Of a stretch of 64,000 nucleotides of DNA, positions 59,799 to 64,000 are shown one piece after another (position 1 is the stretch's first letter; each line of letters begins with the position of its first letter). The position numbers were made by a program, and so were the translations under genes. Source of the stretch: Paenibacillus chungangensis (GTDB lineage Bacteria; Bacillota; Bacilli; Paenibacillales; Paenibacillaceae); assembly GCF_042675905.1 (NCBI RefSeq), contig NZ_JBHTJZ010000011.1, positions 54,636 to 118,635 of the forward strand. The letters run 5' to 3'. Under the pieces are notes generated by a model that ran no database searches, was not told the origin of the DNA, and saw only the letters and a list, made by a program, of their open reading frames with translations.

Positions 59799-61001
59799 CT
59801 AACCGGGACGCAGCCGGGTAGCTTCTACGAACTTGCATGCAAGCCGGGGACTTAGTCGGGCCAATCCCGGAAGGAGGCGTGAAGCGGCCGGATGGCGCAG
59901 CATTCCTTCAACGACCTTCCCCCACCTCAACGGGCCGCTGAATTGCGAATAGATCGCCTGGGTATAAGCGATGCGCCATTGTTCATACGTCCATTCTCCC
60001 GCCAGGTAGCGATGAGCATCTGCAGCGCATAACTGCGCCGAGCGCAACCCCATCGACATGCCATCCCCGCATAGCGGAGGAATGCGGCCGATGGCGTCTC
60101 CAATATGGGGAATGACGCTCCAAGGCACGGGATGCTTGCTAATATGGACCGGAGCGACAGCAGATTCTGTTCCATGTACAGGCTGGGCGTCGACCATTCG
60201 GCTATGCAGAGCGGGATTCCGGCTGACAGCTTCCATCAGCATCCCCTCCACAGTGGAATGGCTTCGGGGAATATCCTCGCTATCCAGCAGAGCCGCCATA
60301 TTGTAGTGTCCACACTCGATTCCGTTAATGCCCAGGTAGCCGCCCGGGAAGAAATACAGCTCCACCGCATCACTTGGAGAGCTCGCGCCGGCGCTCCATG
60401 CGAAATGCGACTTCACCCCGATCGCACCGCGTTCATGCGCCGATCCTGAGCGCCGCTTGCGCCAGCTACCGTCATCGACGCGATGGTCATGTCTCCCAAG
60501 GATACGCCCTTGTCCGCCAGCGCCCCAGGCAGCCACTACGGCACGGGCTGTGATCTCCGTCGACTCTCGTCCTTGTCTGACATGAAGGATATAGCCGTGC
60601 TCATAGGGCACGACGGCCGTGACGGTCCCCCCTTGCAGAAGGAATGCCCCTTCCGCAACGGCATGTCGATGCAGCGCCGCATCCAATCTATAGCGGCTAA
60701 CCCCGAGAGCGGTCCCGGGAAGCGGCAGCTCAACCTGTCCGCCACCGGCCAAGTATAACGCAATTCGGGAGATGCGATGAGGCTCAAGTGACTGCACCGT
60801 CTCCCTAAGTCCCATAGCCGATAATATATGCTGCGACTCCGGCGACAGAAATTCGCCGCACACCTTATGCTTCGGGAAGCGCTGCCTGTCCATTAACGCC
60901 GTTACCCAGCCGCGTGCCGCCAGCATCGCCGCCAGACTGCTGCCTGCCACGCCTGCGCCAAGCACCGCAGCGTCATAATCCGTCCGCATAGCCTCCACCA
61001 T
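59799..61001 (-). CDS. FAD-dependent oxidoreductase (geranylgeranyl-reductase/flavin hydroxylase-like), SrsC-like
   Basis: YDAAVLGAGVAGSSLAAMLAARGW GxGxxG fold. 400 aa. Start overlaps the methyltransferase gene end. Confidence 0.7.
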   Translation of the reverse strand: MVEAMRTDYDAAVLGAGVAGSSLAAMLAARGWVTALMDRQRFPKHKVCGEFLSPESQHILSAMGLRETVQSLEPHRISRIALYLAGGGQVELPLPGTALGVSRYRLDAALHRHAVAEGAFLLQGGTVTAVVPYEHGYILHVRQGRESTEITARAVVAAWGAGGQGRILGRHDHRVDDGSWRKRRSGSAHERGAIGVKSHFAWSAGASSPSDAVELYFFPGGYLGINGIECGHYNMAALLDSEDIPRSHSTVEGMLMEAVSRNPALHSRMVDAQPVHGTESAVAPVHISKHPVPWSVIPHIGDAIGRIPPLCGDGMSMGLRSAQLCAADAHRYLAGEWTYEQWRIAYTQAIYSQFSGPLRWGKVVEGMLRHPAASRLLPGLARLSPRLACKFVEATRLRPG

Positions 61002-61710
61002 CCTTCCGAATCATGACCGCATAACGGAATAGGGGGCGCCAGCGATAGAGGAGCTCACCGCTCCCAGCCGCTGCTTCGAGCGAGCGCCAGTCTGACGGGC
61101 GGAATCCCTTGGCCACCGACAATGGGCCGTCATGCCGAATGTAACGGTTGCGCGACACCAGCCGCGCGGCCAGCCATACAGCGATCCAAGCCAGCCAATG
61201 GCGGTGTATATCGTTAATAACCACGCCGTAACGCGATGCCCGCACCATGCTGCCGACCACCTCATGAAGCCGTTCGCCCTGGAAGTGATGAAGGAACTGC
61301 GTACCCGTTACAATATCGGCACAGCCGCTAGGAAGCTTCAGCACATCGTCCCTCCTTACTTCCACACGAGGCTCGTCTCTGTAATACAGAGCGGCTTCCT
61401 CGCAGGCCTCTTCCGTTACATCCAATAGCGTAATTCTCATTCGCACCCCATGCTTGGCGCTCCAGTCCAGCAATCGCCGATTCACATCACCCGATCCGGC
61501 GCCTACATCCAGTATGGACAGCTCCTCCGGACAGCCGGCTTGCCGCCATAGCCGGTTCACGCCATACAGCGTAGGCGCAGATGCGGCGAACAGCTTGTTC
61601 AATCTGCGGAGATGGACATGCGCCTCCCGCAGCTCCTCCCCTCCACTCGCGAGATCGTCCATCAGCTCATCAGCCTCCGCTCGATGGCGAAGCCATGGCC
61701 CCTCAAGCAT
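60973..61710 (-). CDS. Class I SAM-dependent methyltransferase, SrsB-like
   Basis: ILDVGAGSGDVNRRL SAM-binding motif. Probable start MLEGPWLRH next to the PKS stop. Confidence 0.7.
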   Translation of the reverse strand: MLEGPWLRHRAEADELMDDLASGGEELREAHVHLRRLNKLFAASAPTLYGVNRLWRQAGCPEELSILDVGAGSGDVNRRLLDWSAKHGVRMRITLLDVTEEACEEAALYYRDEPRVEVRRDDVLKLPSGCADIVTGTQFLHHFQGERLHEVVGSMVRASRYGVVINDIHRHWLAWIAVWLAARLVSRNRYIRHDGPLSVAKGFRPSDWRSLEAAAGSGELLYRWRPLFRYAVMIRKDGGGYADGL

Positions 61711-62920
61711 AGCTGCCCTCCCGGCAATCGGCGGAGGCTGCAGCATTGGTCTGGGTGGAAGCCGGTACATAAGCAATCTCCAACAGCTCGGCCGTAATGC
61801 CTGGCCCGAATGCGAGCGCCAGGCCGCTTCGTTGCCGCAGCGCGTCGTGCGAACGAAGCTGCCGTCTCAGCTCGGCAAGCACGAACAGGATTGTGGCCGA
61901 GGACATATTGCCGTAATGACGCAGAATAGAGCGACTGGCGGAGGTCTGCTCATCACTCAGTTGGAAGACGTCCTGTAGATTGTCCACAATCCCCTTTCCT
62001 CCCGGGTGAATCGCCCACAGCTCGGGAAGGCCCCCCTCTTCAGCTTGCGCCCCAATCAGCCGCTCCACTTCATCTGGAATAACGCGCCCGATCAGCCCCG
62101 GGATGGAGGGAGACAAGTAGAGATCGAAGCCGCGATCGCCTACCTCCCACACCATCTCGTCTCGGCAATCCGGCAGCAGCACGGTATGCTCCTTGCCCAG
62201 CAGGAAGCAATCCCTGCTCTCTGCTTCCGCTTCGCCTACTACGCATGAGGAGGCGCCATCGCCGAAGAAGGAAGCGCCGTACAGCTCTTCCTTGCCGCCC
62301 GAAGGCTGGATATGAAGCGTGCACAATTCCACACAGACGATTAAGGCATGTGCGTCCGGACGCCCTTCCACGAGTTGTCTGGCCACGCACACTGCCTTCA
62401 GCCCCGCTGCGCAGCCAAGGAACGTCAACGGAATCCTCATTACATTCGTACTTAGCCCCAGCTCCCAGACGAGCGACGCATCAAGACCGGGCAGGAACTG
62501 TCCCGTGCAGCTGACTGTAATCAGATGCGTAATATCGCCAGGCGTCAGTCCGCTGTCCTGCAGAGCGGCACGCGCAGCTTCCACGCCAAGCGGCACAGAA
62601 GCCTCCTTGTATAGCGACATCCGCTCCGCTGTCGTCGGAGCGGCTCCTTGCGAGTCCTTGCCGGGGAAGAAGCGACAGCTCTCTGCCGGCTCCAGCAGAT
62701 TCGGCTCGCAAGTATAACGCGTCTGAACCCCGCATTGCTTGAATATGCGCTTCGCCCAACGCGCGGAATGTTGCTCTCCGGCGCGAGACAAGGCTTCCGT
62801 CAATCTGGCGGAAGTATCCTCCTGATCCATCCTTGCGGACGGCACAGCGGTGCCGATCCCTTTTATAGCCGATCTCTTTATTCGTCCGTCCGTTAGCTCC
62901 CTCACTTTCATATCCAGCAT
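61703..62920 (-). CDS. Type III polyketide synthase (chalcone/stilbene-synthase family)
   Basis: Active-site Cys in IPLTFLGCAAGLKAV. AIHPGGKGIVD near the C-terminus. 405 aa. Confidence 0.85.
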   Translation of the reverse strand: MLDMKVRELTDGRIKRSAIKGIGTAVPSARMDQEDTSARLTEALSRAGEQHSARWAKRIFKQCGVQTRYTCEPNLLEPAESCRFFPGKDSQGAAPTTAERMSLYKEASVPLGVEAARAALQDSGLTPGDITHLITVSCTGQFLPGLDASLVWELGLSTNVMRIPLTFLGCAAGLKAVCVARQLVEGRPDAHALIVCVELCTLHIQPSGGKEELYGASFFGDGASSCVVGEAEAESRDCFLLGKEHTVLLPDCRDEMVWEVGDRGFDLYLSPSIPGLIGRVIPDEVERLIGAQAEEGGLPELWAIHPGGKGIVDNLQDVFQLSDEQTSASRSILRHYGNMSSATILFVLAELRRQLRSHDALRQRSGLALAFGPGITAELLEIAYVPASTQTNAAASADCREGSYA

Positions 62921-62928
62921 CCCTCTTT

Positions 62929-62996
62929 CTGCGAATAGTCATCTCGCGCAAGGCAAGGTCGAGACAAGCCTCTTGCTACCAACAGTCTATTCGCAG
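62929..62996 (-). promoter_or_regulatory. Inverted repeat/stem-loop in the 5' leader of the PKS operon
   Basis: ctgcgaatagtc (62929..62940) pairs with gtctattcgcag (62985..62996), with a nested gcaag/cttgc hairpin. On the minus strand it lies immediately 5' of SD AAAGAGGGA. Confidence 0.25.
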
Positions 62997-63076
62997 GAAG
63001 CTGGAATTATGAGCGCTGGCTACAACAGAAAGCCGTTCTGCCTCGCTATCGCGACAATGACAGAGCGGCTTCTTCA

Positions 63077-63769
63077 TTACATATCCACGTCATCCACCTT
63101 GCGGAAGGACAGATAAGTTAGCAATATGCCCAGTATGCCCAGTGACAACGGTACCGCGATAATGTGGCTCAGGCTGAAGCCGTTGCTGTTGGACACGACA
63201 ATCGCGACGATTAAAATGGACGAAACAACGGTTGTGGCTACCGATTTGGAGCGCATGCCGAAGGCGAGCGGCATCAAGCTCATTCCCGCGGCTCCGAACG
63301 ATTGCATCAGCACGTTCAGCCCCTGCTTCTGCAGCAGCTCCGTCGTCACCGCATCGTCGACATAACCGACATATGTGTTCACGGCGACAACCAGCGCTCC
63401 CAGCACCACATTGAGAATAATGAGATTCACGAACGTCCAGCTGAACACCATCGCCAGCTTGGCGAATATGATTTTCTTGCGGCTAATGGGATAAGCGAAC
63501 ATCAACGTCATCGTCTTGTCCCGAAATTCAGAGATAATCAGCTTGGACAGCATGACGGAAGCGTATACGATGAATGTTGCTCGTCCTATCGTATCGATCA
63601 GACTGAACATGTCCCCATAACCGGTGAAGACTGGCTCATCCTCGCTGGGCGCCTCCACAAAGTACATTAAGAAGAAGAAAGCTGCAATAGACGCATAAGC
63701 GATGAGCGATCCCCACACGTAACTGATCATCTTGCCTTTCTTAAGCTCCAGCTTGATGAGATGCAGCAT
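63077..63769 (-). CDS. ABC-2-type transporter permease
   Basis: 230 aa. 6 hydrophobic segments. Typical ABC-2 fold without an ATPase domain. Confidence 0.65.
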   Translation of the reverse strand: MLHLIKLELKKGKMISYVWGSLIAYASIAAFFFLMYFVEAPSEDEPVFTGYGDMFSLIDTIGRATFIVYASVMLSKLIISEFRDKTMTLMFAYPISRKKIIFAKLAMVFSWTFVNLIILNVVLGALVVAVNTYVGYVDDAVTTELLQKQGLNVLMQSFGAAGMSLMPLAFGMRSKSVATTVVSSILIVAIVVSNSNGFSLSHIIAVPLSLGILGILLTYLSFRKVDDVDM

Positions 63770-64000
63770 GCTGATCGCCCCCTTTAATCAGAGAGATGAA
63801 GTATTCTTCCAAGGTGTGGGCCTTCCGATCGATGGAAGTAATCGGTACATCATTCATGATGAGCGCCTTGGACAGTTCCTCTTGTGTCCCCTTCCAGTCA
63901 TAAATGCGCAGCATACGCTCACCCATCACCTTGAAGTTGCGGATGTCGAGCGTCTCCTCCAATACATATGCAGCCTTCCGCACGTCCGGCGTCGTCAGCT
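63741..64000 (-). CDS. ABC transporter ATP-binding protein, C-terminal part (partial; continues beyond the window end)
   Basis: C-terminal ABC-ATPase-like tail ...HTLEEYFISL. Overlaps the permease start by 29 nt. Confidence 0.55.
   Translation of the reverse strand, partial: LTTPDVRKAAYVLEETLDIRNFKVMGERMLRIYDWKGTQEELSKALIMNDVPITSIDRKAHTLEEYFISLIKGGDQHAASHQAGA

Overview
This 64-kb window looks like a Firmicute chromosome, probably Paenibacillaceae (inference from SLH domains, Lpl-type sugar ABC permeases, an LplJ-like lipoate ligase and AGGAGG-type ribosome-binding sites). It is largely accessory in character. Coordinates 1-18.7 kb hold a carbohydrate-uptake and processing locus. It contains two LplB/LplC-type permease pairs, a lipoprotein solute-binding protein and a 1,760-aa secreted protein with three carbohydrate-binding modules, a beta-propeller, a Big_2 domain and three SLH domains. 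There is also a cytoplasmic paralogue of that propeller, a CE4-like deacetylase, a DegT-family aminotransferase, an alpha/beta hydrolase and a GntR-type regulator fused to a solute-binding domain. A formylglycine sulfatase lies just downstream, and no glycoside hydrolase is recognisable. The middle of the window holds housekeeping and miscellaneous genes: lipoate ligase, aldo-keto reductase, Gfo/Idh/MocA oxidoreductase, a CYTH protein next to a small ABC-type ATPase, an SPFH protein, and an rtcB RNA ligase that is frameshifted exactly at a perfect 21-bp inverted repeat. The rtcB gene is divergently paired with two overlapping WYL-domain regulators (PafBC-like). The 3' third carries transporters, an M23 peptidase/bactofilin pair, a ChrA chromate transporter and an srsABC-like operon (type III PKS, methyltransferase, flavoprotein) next to an ABC-2 exporter. 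Three unrelated non-coding tandem-repeat arrays (44-bp, 43/42-bp and 51-bp units), a decayed IS1595-like remnant and two low-GC islets punctuate the window. No CRISPR array, rRNA or complete tRNA was found.
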